Source: Eledone cirrhosa
Lineage: Eukaryota
DNA length: 63,963 nucleotides
NCBI GenBank assembly: GCA_964016885.1
Contig: OZ024741.1
Location: forward strand, 352,718,001 to 352,781,963
Direction: 5' to 3'
This document shows positions 40,261 to 54,040 of the stretch, piece after piece (position 1 is the stretch's first letter; each line of letters begins with the position of its first letter). The notes below the pieces were generated by a model, which was given only the letters and a program-made list of their open reading frames with translations, did not search any database and was not told the DNA's origin. The position numbers and the translations under genes are program-made.

Positions 40261-41693
40261 GTAGCTGAATCAATGACCGAACTAGAGAAGAAATTCCAAA
40301 CATGGAAGCACGGCCTAGAATCAAAAGGCCTTAAAATTAACTTGGCTAAGACTAAAGTTCTAGTTTGTAGGAAAGAAAATAAGGCGGCGGTCCCATCTGG
40401 GAAATGGCCATGCTCAGTGTGTAGGAAAGGCGTAGGTAGAAACTCCATTTTATGTCCCAAATGCAAAGTATGGGTGCATAAAAGATGTAGTGGGCTCACA
40501 GGTAAGCTAACTAAGAACATAGATTTTACATGTGGCCGGTGCTCTGGTGCAATAAGTAGCAGCAAGTGCCCACGAAATACTAGCTCCTTCAACTGCGCAG
40601 AGGGTTCTATAGAAATAGTGGACAGCTTCCGTTATCTGGGTGACAAAATCAGCAGTGGGGGAGGGTGCTCTGAAAGTACAGTAGCTAGAGTCAGAACTGG
40701 ATGGAAAAAGTTCAGAGAGCTTATACCACTATTAGCCGCTAGAGGGTTCTCCCTAAAAATGAAAGGCAGGTTATACGATGCCTGCATACGAACAGCAATG
40801 CTGCATGGCAGTGAGACCTGGGCATTGTGTGCAGAGGATATACGCAGACTAGAGAGGAACGAAGCTTTCATGCTCCGCTGGATGTGCAATAGTAATATAC
40901 GTGAACGGCAAAGCATAAACGAACTAAGGAAAAAATTAGAAATAAGAGGGATCAGATGTTTACTCGAGAGAAGGCTACGTTGGTACGGTCACGTGATGCG
41001 CATGAAAGACGACAGCTGTATAACAAAGTGCAGGGCAATAAAGATAGACGGTAGCCACGGAGTAGGCAGACCCAGAAAAACATGGGACGAGCTGATAAAT
41101 TCCGACCTCACACGCTTACACCTCTCCAAGACAATGTCACTGGACCGAGACCTTTGGCGGTACTCAGTAATAGAGAAGACCCGCCTTACCTAAATACAAA
41201 GTAAAAACCTACTACAGTCAGTAGGCATCTCTATCAAAACACACCCCCGTCCCACCACCTCCACCCCACCCACACCGCCCCTTTCAATGTAAAGTTATGT
41301 TGGTCCCACAACATCCAGGCCGAAACAAATGAGATCGTGTAGGTGTCACGACAAAAAACACACAGTCCACGCTGTAAATGTGGCCGTGTAGGCAACACGG
41401 TAAAAACCTCCCAGCCCCACACTGTAAATGTGGTTGGTGTTAGGAAGGGCATCCAGCTGTAGAAAACCCGCCAGACAGTCCACGCTGTAATGTGGCCGTG
41501 TAGGCAACACGGTAAAAACCTCCCAGCCCCACACTGTAAATGTGGTTGGTGTTAGGAAGGGCATCCAACTGTAGAAAACCCGCCAGACAGTCCTATGCGA
41601 GCAAGACAACCACTCTTGCCTCAAGTGGGAAAACCCCCGTCCAAACCCATGCAAGCGTGGAACACGGACGCTAAACCTGATGATGATGATGAT
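40261..41693 (+). mobile_element. 5'-truncated RTE LINE with PHD finger; 3' UTR carries a ~113-bp tandem duplication
   Basis: ORF to 41193 (ends EKTRLT); 3' UTR collinear with 61083-61494; (GAT)n tail. Confidence 0.96.
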
Positions 41694-41860
41694 GTAAAGA
41701 AAAATTCCTTTGTTTATTTTCACACATTAAACTCTTGGAGATTAATGTTGGATCAGTTATTTCCTGTGATTATGCAAGAAAATGAGGGTGGAGGATAGGA
41801 GTGGTGCTCAGTGAATTCAGCCAAACTAGTGTTCATTTTGTTTTGGTACTTTATTTTCAG

Positions 41861-41933
41861 AGAAAAACGGAAGAGTTTAAGAACTATTATTCAGACAGAT
41901 GATGATTCAGAAAATAGCCTTCCTCTCAGTGAT
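41861..41933 (+). CDS. LMO7: Exon of LMO7/LIMCH1-family gene (EKRKSLRTIIQTDDDSENSLPLSD)
   Basis: TTTTCAG acceptor, GTAAGT donor; phase 2 start completes AG+A = Arg from the previous exon. Confidence 0.82.
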
Positions 41934-41962
41934 GTAAGTGGACATATGCGTGTAGCGCGCGC

Positions 41963-42011
<49 letters not shown>

Positions 42012-42849
42012 CACACACACAAATTGATGATTATGTCTTAGTGGTCACTAAACTTAGAATTGGACACAGAATGCGTGTTTGTGCATGTGTGTATGTTTTA
42101 TGATGTTTGTTTTTTAATCATGGGGCCTTTGATTTGATTCCACAGTACGGCACCATGAGCAAGAATCTTCTACAATAGGCTTGTGAATGAAATTGGGTAG
42201 TCTTTCAAATGGACTGTACCTGTAATTCAAAGGTTCAGCCATGTCCACTCACAATGTACAGTCCTTCCTATGGGCTTCCATACAGATTTTGTCTATGCAT
42301 TTTCATTCATGGATTTGATTAGGAGGCATAGTTCTGTAAATAGAACCTTAGAAACTAAAAGACTAGCCTGGAAAGACTTGAAGTTAGGGGGAAGTAAAGA
42401 ATAATATAATGTAGCTAGATGGCAGGGCTACATAATATGAAGAGAAGCTTAAAGCAAGAGGTTTTCCCTTTTTCTATGACATGAGGTGTTCTTGATCTGG
42501 ATTTTGAGGCTGTGTGTCAGTGTGAAGCAAGATTGTTAGGGTAAAGAGTGTCAGGAATGACTAGTGCACTGGCAGTTAGATGAAAAATGCATGGAAATGT
42601 TATGAGAGATTACTAAATGTGGAAGGAGGAAGAGGGATAACTTCTCCAGTAGAACCAACAGACCAGCTATTAGGATCAACAGTTATATGACTAAAGAAGC
42701 CATTAAGAATGTCTTGCAAATGAGATTTCATGTGGTACAGAACATGTTAAGGGTTAATAAAAAGTAAACAAAAAAAAAATCTGCCTTTCTCATTTTGTGT
42801 CTGCTTAACACGTGATGTTATATCTGTCTGTTTTCTTGTCATTTAACAG

Positions 42850-43416
42850 AGTCTTCAAAGTGAAAATGTTTCGAGAAATAGTGATTCTACAAAGTTGTTG
42901 CCGACATCTGTCCACTCCAAACCTGATGATACTGTGATAAAGAAACAAGAAGGCAGCAACAGAAAAGACAACAGCAGCATAAATAGCAACAGCAATGCCA
43001 ATAGCAACAAAAACAATAATAATAGCAACTATGATAATTCTGATGATGATGTGTTTGTAGTTAAAAGAAAAAGAGAGGAAGCAGTGTTGAAGCCGACAGA
43101 GGCAAAGGCTGTTGAGAGTGCAAGGGACCTCAGGACAAAGAATGATGTTGAGGCAAACAACTTAAAAAACATCAAACAAACTGCAGGAGTGGAAGAGACA
43201 CAACCTCCACTGCCCTCACTGGTGTCTCCCATATTACTACCACCAGCATCACCACCATCACAAGCACCACCAGACCACCAAGAAAATGAGCAACAACTGC
43301 AGCCTCCACAGAACCAAATATCTCATATATTCAAAAGCGATGAGCTTCGTTCTGAAACCAGTTTGAATGCCACACCTGCTTCAGTGGAGAGGGTTGCTTC
43401 TCCAAGACCTGAGAAG
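42850..43416 (+). CDS. LMO7: Exon of LMO7/LIMCH1-family gene (low-complexity, Asn- and Pro-rich, 189 codons)
   Basis: AACAG acceptor, AAG|GTAGGT donor; phase 0 at both ends; fully open. Confidence 0.8.
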
Positions 43417-43806
43417 GTAGGTTAAATAAAAGCAACGTTCAATGTCAAGACTGTAATTGTGTGAGAAATGTTAACCTTGAATGGTGAGGTCAGAAGAGAA
43501 AGTGGGATTGGGGAATTATAAGAGTAATCCCCATATTAGTACTTTTGCTTTTGGTTTAAACCTTTTGTGACCATGTTTCTAAATAAATACACACTTTCAA
43601 TTGAAATGATTCATTTGAGAAAAATCTAGAATTTGGAGTAATTTAGTAACGTAACTAATATTTTCATTTTAAAGTTGGTATTTGGAACATAACTTAACAA
43701 AGGTTTTTACATAAACTTATGAAAGATTTTCATTTAAATGTTAATACTTTAAATCATCCTGCATGATGTATGAATGCATATTTGTGTCTGTGTGTATGAA
43801 TGTTTG

Positions 43807-43848
<42 letters not shown>

Positions 43849-43897
43849 TAAAAGAGGGTGTTGTAGTTTGCTTGGAACATTGTGTTAGTGTATAAAG

Positions 43898-44830
43898 CAA
43901 TATGTTATTTAAAGGTTATGGCAATGCAAAATAGTCAGTAGGTTTCAGAATGAATTGAAGGCAACAAAGATTTTAGTGCATCACCTGTTATTTTATTTAT
44001 CTGTTTCAATATTTCGGGTCTAAAACCCTTTGTCAGAAAACTAGAATAAGAAACTGATTCAGAGTTTGTGCTATTGTTGTCATTATTGGTTCACTATTTT
44101 TCCATACTTTGTTTGTAAGCTGTCAGAAATGATGTCATCTATGATGACATATATAATGATGTCATACTTTTGTTTATTTTTACGTTAAATTTTTGAAGGC
44201 AAATGTTGTGACAAGTTGTAATAGATTATTATGTATTAGGACTTGTGTATATGTGCGTGTATATGTCAAATGTGTGTCTAGTTGCAATTATCTTTAAAGT
44301 TAGCTATCATGTGTATGCATTATTGTGTCAGAAGTTACATATGTGTGCTTTCATATTAAGTATTGCGTGCTGAGTTCTAATCTGTTGTTGATTTGTGAGT
44401 TTAGCCTGGCTATTAGTATTCCTTCTTTGATTCTAAAGTTGCCTAAGTTCCTCTCCCTGACTTGAATAGTAACTGTTGTGTTTTTGTTGTTGTTTTGCAT
44501 TTGTCTAAGTGTTTCTTGAATGACAGGAACATGTACACACTACATTATAAACATCAGTCCACAGACAGCATCACTCTGGCAGCTTACAAACAAAAGATGA
44601 AAAAATAGCAAATCAATAATGACAACAATAGTATGAACTCCAACCCAACTGATAACAGCAAGGATAACATAAATTCTGAGCCCGTGTTTTAGTGTCTTCT
44701 GACGAAGGGCTTCAGACCCAAAATAATAGAGCAGGTAAATAAAATAACAGGTGGCCAAAATTTTTGTTTCCTTCAATTTATTCTGAAATCTACCATCTAT
44801 TTTGCATTGTCATAGCCCTCAAGTAACACA

Positions 44831-44833
<3 letters not shown>
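43898..44833 (-). mobile_element. Old PLE remnant: GIY-YIG C-terminal scrap + pLTR (-) and inverted pLTR (+), each with a decayed HHR
   Basis: Inverted arms 43898-44126 and 44576-44833; HHR-like cores CTGAC(A/G)A-aGGG..CCC-(G/A)AAA; RIKE/GILIARLNSQIN on the minus strand at ~44390-44440. Confidence 0.6.
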
Positions 44834-47340
<2,507 letters not shown>

Positions 47341-49146
47341 GATAGGAGTAACTATAGAGGCATTAAATTAATCGACCAGGTCATGAAGGTCACGGAAAAA
47401 GTAATAGCGCAACTAATCAGAGAGAGAATTGATCTAGATGAAATGCAGTTCGGGTTTGTGTCAGGCAAAAGCACCACAGACGCTCTTTTCATAGTACGAC
47501 AACTACAGGAGAAGTACCTAGCTAAAGGTAAACCCCTCTACTTAGCTTTTGTCGACCTGGAGAAAGCCTTCGACAGAGTCCCCCGCTCCATTATCTGGTG
47601 GGCTCTTAGAAAACTAGGCGTTGACGAATGGCTTGTGAGGGCTATACAAGCCATGTATAAAGAAACAGTCAGCAAGGTTAGAATTAACAACGAATATAGT
47701 GAAGAGTTAAGCGTAAAAGTTGGCGTCCATCAGGGCTCTGTTCTCAGCCCCCTACTATTTATTATTGCCCTTCAGGCTATAACAGAGGAGTTCAAGACAG
47801 GCTGCCCATGGGAACTCCTATACGCAGACGACCTGACACTCATAGCGGAATCAATGGCCGAGCTAGAGAAGAAATTCCAAACATGGAAGCACGGCCTAGA
47901 GTCAAAAGGACTTAAAATTAACCTGGCTAAGACCAAAGTTCTAGTTTGTAGGAAAGAAAACAAGGCGGCGGTCCCTTCTGGGAAATGGTCGTGCTCGGTA
48001 TGTAGGAAAGGCGTAGGTAGAAACTCCATCTTATGTCCTAAATGCAAAGTATGGGTGCATAAAAGATGTAGTGGGATCACAGGTAAGCTAACTAAGAACA
48101 TAGACTTTACATGTGGCCGGTGTTCTGGTGCAATAAGTAGCAGCAAGTGCCCACAAAATACTAGCTCTTTCAATTGCGCAGAGGGTTTTATAGAAATAGT
48201 GGACAGCTTCCGTTACCTGGGCGATAAAATCAGCAGTGGGGGAGGGTGCCCTGAAAGTACTGTAGCTAGAGTCAGAACTGGTTGGAAAAAGTTCAGAGAG
48301 CTTATACCACTATTAGCTGCTAAAGGGTTCTCCCTAAAAATGAAAGGCAGGTTGTACGATGCCTGCATACGAACAGCAATGTTGCATGGTAGTGAGACCT
48401 GGGCATTGTGTGCAGAGGATATACGCAGACTAGAGAGGAACGAAGCTTGCATGCTCCGCTGGATGTGTAACAGTAATATACGTGAACGGCAAAGCATAAA
48501 CGAACTAAGGAAAAAATTAGAGATAAGAGGGATCAGATGTTGTTTACTCGAGAGAAGGCTGCGTTGGTATGGACACGTGATGCGCATGAAAGTCGATAGC
48601 TGTATTACAAAGTGCAGGGCAATAAAGATAGACGGTAGCCACGGAATAGGCAGACCTAGAAAAACATGGGATGAGCTGATAAACTCCGACCTCACACACT
48701 TACACCTCTCCAAGACAATGTCACTGGACCGTGACCTTTGGCGGTACTCAGTAACAGAGAAGACCCGCCTTGCCAGTAGGCATCTCTAACAAAATACACC
48801 CCTCCCGCCGCCACCCCCACCCCATCCACACCACCCCGTTCTATGTAAAGTTATGTTGGTGCCGCGCCATCCAGGCCGAAACAAATGAGATCGTGTAGGT
48901 GTCACGACAAAAAAACACACAGTCCACGCTGTAATGTGGCCGTGTAGGCAACACGGTAAAAACCTCCCAGACCCACACTGTAAATGTGGTTGGTGTTAGG
49001 AAGGGCATCCAACTGTAGAAAACCTGCCAGACAGTCCTATGCGAGCAAGACAATCACTCTTGCCTCAAGTGGGACTACCCCCGTCCAAACCCATGCAAGC
49101 GTGGAACACGGACGTTAAACGTTGATGATGATGATGATGATGATGA
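47341..49146 (+). mobile_element. 5'-truncated young RTE LINE; open ORF 47383-48789 (RT + PHD finger)
   Basis: QFGFV, AFVDLEKAFD, GVHQGSVLSPLLF, LLYADD motifs; (GAT)n tail; flanked by TA repeats. Confidence 0.97.
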
Positions 49147-49196
49147 TATGTTTATATATATATATTTATATATATATATATATTTATATATATATT

Positions 49197-49229
<33 letters not shown>

Positions 49230-49232
49230 ATT

Positions 49233-49325
<93 letters not shown>

Positions 49326-49580
49326 ATATTTATATAGTTTTGCGAGGTTTTTTATATGAAATCGTGTGTCGAAACAGATATTGTTATATTTGGGGAGGGT
49401 CATATTTGCGTAATATTGCCAGAATTAATAACAGAACACACTCACTGTTTGGTTGGTTTTCGCTTCTCGCTGTCTTTTATATATATATATCTGCGATCTA
49501 ACTTACTCGGTCCTCAATGTTGCCATTGACTGACCGGCGGTCAAAAATAATACAGATACAATATAGACAAACACATATAT

Positions 49581-49638
49581 ATATAGTTTACATAAATCTT
49601 TCGTTGCACATCTGCAACATCGTCAGTGGTGTTATATT
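49581..49638 (-). ncRNA. Hammerhead ribozyme (minimal type I) in the 3' pLTR of PLE A
   Basis: Minus strand ..CA-CTGACGA-T-GTTGCA gatg TGCAAC-GAA-AGATTT-A|TG..: intact core, 6-bp stem II, quasi-palindromic stem III, short stem I. Confidence 0.78.
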
Positions 49639-49904
49639 CATTGTTCCTCCTGTTGTGTTGTATGTCTACGCCATTTTTTTTTTTTTTGTTCAGTCTGTCT
49701 ATATATTTATTTATTTATTTGCTTGTTTGTTTATCTTATTTTATTTTGTCTTCTTTGCGCATGCGTTTGCGTGTGTGTATAGTGTTATGTGTGATGTGTG
49801 ACTAGTGTGTATAGTGTTGTGTCTGCTGGGTGACTAGTGTGTGTTTATGTGCTTGTGTATGTATTTATTTATCTTATTTTATTTAATTTAATTTACTTAT
49901 TTAT

Positions 49905-52900
49905 TTATACTTCTCTTAGGTCAGTGTTGTTTGTTTGGGTGTTGTTGTTGTTCCACTCATTCTTTCTGTTTAGCTTTGGTCTTCTAATTTCTATTTCACT
50001 GGCCTCTCTGATTTGCCTATCTGCTGGGTCATTCCTATGTTTAGATATTATTCTAATTTCTATGTTGTCTATGTTACCGTCATGATGTTGTCTAGCATGT
50101 TCGTATAGTACTGACCCGTTTTTTCGTCCTTTTAGTTCCCCCCAGTGTTGGTCTATCCTTTCACCTATGCTACGAGCTGTCTCACCTATGTATGTTGTTG
50201 TCGTGTTTCTGCAAGTACCCTCTGTACATCTTATGCTATAGACTACGTTTCTAGTTTTACAGTTTATCCGGGGGTTCACCTTACATATGATACATTTCCT
50301 ATTGGTACAGTGGGTTTTCTTAAAAGGGTAGGTTTTGCTGATCAGGGATTTTATGGTGGTTCCTGGCTTTTCTACCACCTTTATTTTTAAGTGGGTCTTT
50401 CTCAGGGCCTTTCTACACTGGTTAGCTAATTTCCCTCCAGGGGTGGCGTCCACAAACATGACACTCTGATATCTCTGGTTGTCGTACCATGATGTGGCCT
50501 TCCCTATCTTATGTCTAGCCCTATCTAAGCTATTCCATGATTTGCTCCTGTATAGTGGGCAAATTCCTTTCATGTCCAGTTCTATGAGGGTCTTATACTT
50601 TTCCATGGCTCCTTCGTATACTCTGACTCTGTCTCTTTGGTTGTAGCCAGAGAACTGCATGCGGTTGATGAAGTGTTGGATGTGTCCTTCCATTTCTGTT
50701 GGGTCGCACATGCTGGACACATTCTTCATCACTCGTACCAAATCTGCGATCAGAATATTAAACTTAGCACTACTGGACATTGCTGAGTTTTTGAGTATCA
50801 GGTATTTGGAGGCCATGGGTTTAGCATAGTGTGAGTGGAGAATTTGGGCTCTCTCGTCTATAGTGTTAATCCAGAGTTCTGTGTCTAATACAGGTAGTCT
50901 ATTGTTAGAGTGTTTGGAAGGGAAGTCTATAGTTACAGTTATACTCTGGTGTATGGAATTAGCTATCTGCTGGATGCTTTCCATCGTGCTACGTTCTAAA
51001 TCAAACTTGTTAGTGCTCTCTAGTGGGGGTGTTCTTATAACTATATTGATATCGTCTACATAACGAGAGTACATGATGAGGTCTATGGAGCTTTCATTAA
51101 GGAGATCTTTAAGTCTCCTTTCCCACCATACCATGAAAAGGTTGGCAACATCGCCAGCTATGCTGACGCCGATGGCTGCTCCCTCATTTTGGGTGTAGAT
51201 TTTCTCATTGAACTTAAATATGTGGCCCTTTAGGGTAGTTTTGATACTAGCCCCTATTGCATGTGCGACCATTTTTCTTACCTGATCAGTGTTTTGGGGG
51301 GTCCGTATAGCTTTGGTCCACCCAATCCACCTTCCTATGGGAGTCTTTTTAGCCATTGAGGTTATGGTGGGGGGTCTACCTCTTATAGGTCTACTAGGGC
51401 AGAAACATCTAAGGTCATGGCTGTCTAGGTAGTCAGTGTCGTAGGTAAGTCTAAGTAGGAGGCCCAGTTCGTCTGTGTCGACGTCGCAGAACTCCACCTC
51501 ACTCTCAATGATCATCTCCACACATCTTTTCACAGCAAAATCAATGTTAATGGATGGGTACAGTGACACCACATCCATGCTGCCTATTATGCAGTTGGAT
51601 AGGCTCCTGTTTTTGTTGCACTCACTGATTCTGCTGAGGAGGTCCTCTGTACTTTCACATACATCTGGGGACATCTTGATTATGGGGCGTATAACCATTG
51701 AGAGGAAGTAGGAGATCCTGTAGTTGCTAGCTATATTAGCTCCGCATACAGGTCTTGTTGGTGGTCCTATTGTCGGGTCGTCGACTGTCTTGTGGTCTTT
51801 GCGGAGCCCATACAAGGGTGGTATGCCATTGTTAGACGCCTGGAAGTTGTTGGCAGTGCGTCTGCTTGGCTTTAGGATGTCAGTCCACATCATCATGTGA
51901 GCGTTGAGGATTTTTTCTCTCCCATCGTGTGTTAGTTGTGCAACTTCGCTCGTGTTGGTGATGTGGGGTTGCATTGCCTCGATGTAGTTCGGCATGCTAT
52001 CTATTGACATCCTACCAGACTTATCTGTGGGTAGACACACTACCTCACCATCCCTTGTGCGCTGCTTGAGGCTAACCAAGCCTTCTACAGGTTTTATCCC
52101 AAGTTGTTGGGCCTCTGGTCTGCTCTGTCTCATAGTGTACCTGTCTACTACTTGTCTAATCTTATTTCTAGCTATGGTGAACTGTGCCTCCGTCTCGTCA
52201 TCTATTTGTTGTGGTATGCAAACTCTTTTATTAAAGGGTAGCCTCGTAGGATAGATATTACCCATCTTATATGTTTTGTCAGCTGGGTTGAAAAATAGTT
52301 TCTCTAAGGGGTTGTCGTTATTTCTATCGTCATAGTTGTGTGTGTTGCTATTATTGTTATCATGGTGGTTGTTGTTGTTTCTATCCTTAGCATTAATATT
52401 ATTATTGTTATGATTGCTAGATGTATTGTTGTTTACTTCACCGTTATTGTTGTTGTTGTTACTGCTATTTCTACCATTGTGGTTGTTACTATTATTATGT
52501 TTCTTGTTTTTGTTGATGTTGCTACATGTACTATTTCCATTATTACCACTGTGGTTATTGTTGTTGTTGTTGTTCGTATTGTTACCGTTATTACTACTGT
52601 GGTCACTGTTGCTGTGTCTGTGGTTAACGTTTCTATTATTATTATTATTGTGGTTGTTGTTGTTCTGTCTATCGCTAGTATTATTACCATTATCACTATT
52701 TCTCACTTTCCTGCCATTGTTATGGTTATGGCTGTTATTTCTATACCCAGAGTTATTGTTTATATTACTACTACCGTTATTATTGTTGTTGTTGTTTACC
52801 TTTGCATTCCAACGTATTTTTGTGAAACACTTTTCCAGCTCCGTTTTGCATTCCATAGGATTAATCTTTTTGTAGATGGCAAATTTTGGTGGTAACTTTA

Positions 52901-53537
52901 GGATTTGTTGTTCTTGTTCACTGATTAAAGTGTTCCCATAGATATTTACTGTGTGGTCATTGGTAAATTCTTCCGGTAGTTTTACATCACTCATACGGAT
53001 GTTGTCGATGTTATCTGGGTATTTTTGAGAATATTCGATTTTCCTTTCTTGTAGTTTTTTCTTATTCATCCATTCTAATTTCTTCTTGAAATGCCTACAG
53101 CATTCGTTTTGAGCATATTTCGTTTCGCGTCGGATGACGCTCATGAAGTCATCTCTCTCGTTTGCTGTGATGAGATTTCGGATTTCCTTACCGTTGATGC
53201 GTTTTTGTCTGTAGAGTGCGTTGACTTTTGTGTATGTTGTTCTTTTCATATTAACTGTTATTGTGTGTTTTAGCCGTTCAGCTTGTGTTTTGTTCAATAA
53301 TAAATTATTTACTTGTTTTGATATGTTTGTTGTGTATGTTTTGGAGGAAACACAGTGTTTTAAGAAGCGGATTTGTTCTGTTGTTATTGTAGTTTTTATA
53401 TAACAGAAAACAGTGTCTTTCAATAACCTTTCAGCTTGGCACAAGCTAATGCCATAGCGGCGATGAATTAGTTTTGCGAGGTTTTTTATATGAAATCGTG
53501 TGTCGAAACAGATATTGTTATATTTGGGGAGGGTCAT
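49905..53537 (-). CDS. PLE polyprotein, 1210 aa: N-terminal domain with Asn-rich insert, RT (PTDKSG, YGLRKDHK, MDVVSLYPSI, RYVDD), Cys-rich linker, C-terminal GIY-YIG endonuclease (NVVY...YIGETAR...E...PKLN)
   Basis: Uninterrupted ORF with the PLE catalytic motifs. Confidence 0.95.
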   Translation of the reverse strand: MTLPKYNNICFDTRFHIKNLAKLIHRRYGISLCQAERLLKDTVFCYIKTTITTEQIRFLKHCVSSKTYTTNISKQVNNLLLNKTQAERLKHTITVNMKRTTYTKVNALYRQKRINGKEIRNLITANERDDFMSVIRRETKYAQNECCRHFKKKLEWMNKKKLQERKIEYSQKYPDNIDNIRMSDVKLPEEFTNDHTVNIYGNTLISEQEQQILKLPPKFAIYKKINPMECKTELEKCFTKIRWNAKVNNNNNNNGSSNINNNSGYRNNSHNHNNGRKVRNSDNGNNTSDRQNNNNHNNNNNRNVNHRHSNSDHSSNNGNNTNNNNNNNHSGNNGNSTCSNINKNKKHNNSNNHNGRNSSNNNNNNGEVNNNTSSNHNNNNINAKDRNNNNHHDNNNSNTHNYDDRNNDNPLEKLFFNPADKTYKMGNIYPTRLPFNKRVCIPQQIDDETEAQFTIARNKIRQVVDRYTMRQSRPEAQQLGIKPVEGLVSLKQRTRDGEVVCLPTDKSGRMSIDSMPNYIEAMQPHITNTSEVAQLTHDGREKILNAHMMMWTDILKPSRRTANNFQASNNGIPPLYGLRKDHKTVDDPTIGPPTRPVCGANIASNYRISYFLSMVIRPIIKMSPDVCESTEDLLSRISECNKNRSLSNCIIGSMDVVSLYPSINIDFAVKRCVEMIIESEVEFCDVDTDELGLLLRLTYDTDYLDSHDLRCFCPSRPIRGRPPTITSMAKKTPIGRWIGWTKAIRTPQNTDQVRKMVAHAIGASIKTTLKGHIFKFNEKIYTQNEGAAIGVSIAGDVANLFMVWWERRLKDLLNESSIDLIMYSRYVDDINIVIRTPPLESTNKFDLERSTMESIQQIANSIHQSITVTIDFPSKHSNNRLPVLDTELWINTIDERAQILHSHYAKPMASKYLILKNSAMSSSAKFNILIADLVRVMKNVSSMCDPTEMEGHIQHFINRMQFSGYNQRDRVRVYEGAMEKYKTLIELDMKGICPLYRSKSWNSLDRARHKIGKATSWYDNQRYQSVMFVDATPGGKLANQCRKALRKTHLKIKVVEKPGTTIKSLISKTYPFKKTHCTNRKCIICKVNPRINCKTRNVVYSIRCTEGTCRNTTTTYIGETARSIGERIDQHWGELKGRKNGSVLYEHARQHHDGNIDNIEIRIISKHRNDPADRQIREASEIEIRRPKLNRKNEWNNNNTQTNNTDLREV

Positions 53538-53714
53538 ATTTGCGTAATATTGCCAGAATTAATAACAGAACACACTCACTGTTTGGTTGGTTTTCGCTTC
53601 TCGCTGTCTTTTATATATATATATCTGCGATCTAACTTACTCGGTCCTCAATGTTGCCATTGACTGACCGGCGGTCAAAAATAATACAGATACAATATAG
53701 ACAAACACATATAT

Positions 53715-53772
53715 ATATAGTTTACATAAATCTTTCGTTGCACATCTGCAACATCGTCAGTGGTGTTATATT
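53715..53772 (-). ncRNA. Hammerhead ribozyme in the internal pLTR of PLE A, ~190 nt upstream of the ATG
   Basis: Identical to 49581-49638. Confidence 0.78.
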
Positions 53773-54040
53773 CATTGTTCCTCCTGTTGTGTTGTATGTC
53801 TACGCCATTTTTTTTTTTTTTTTGTTCAGTCTGTCTATATATTTATTTATTTATTTGCTTGTTTGTTTATCTTATTTTATTTTGTCTTCTTTGCGCATGC
53901 GTTTGCGTGTGTGTATAGTGTTATGTGTGATGTGTGACTAGTGTGTATAGTGTTGTGTCTGCTGGGTGACTAGTGTGTGTTTATGTGCTTGTGTATGTAT
54001 TTATTTATCTTATTTTATTTAATTTAATTTACTTATTTAT

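Noticed and set aside
53575-53645. Splice-donor-like GTAAGT and GTGAGT in the PLE 5' UTR (minus strand), suggesting a pLTR intron
   Set aside because: No convincing acceptor before the ATG, and one donor is mutated in the 61.9-kb copy; needs RNA evidence
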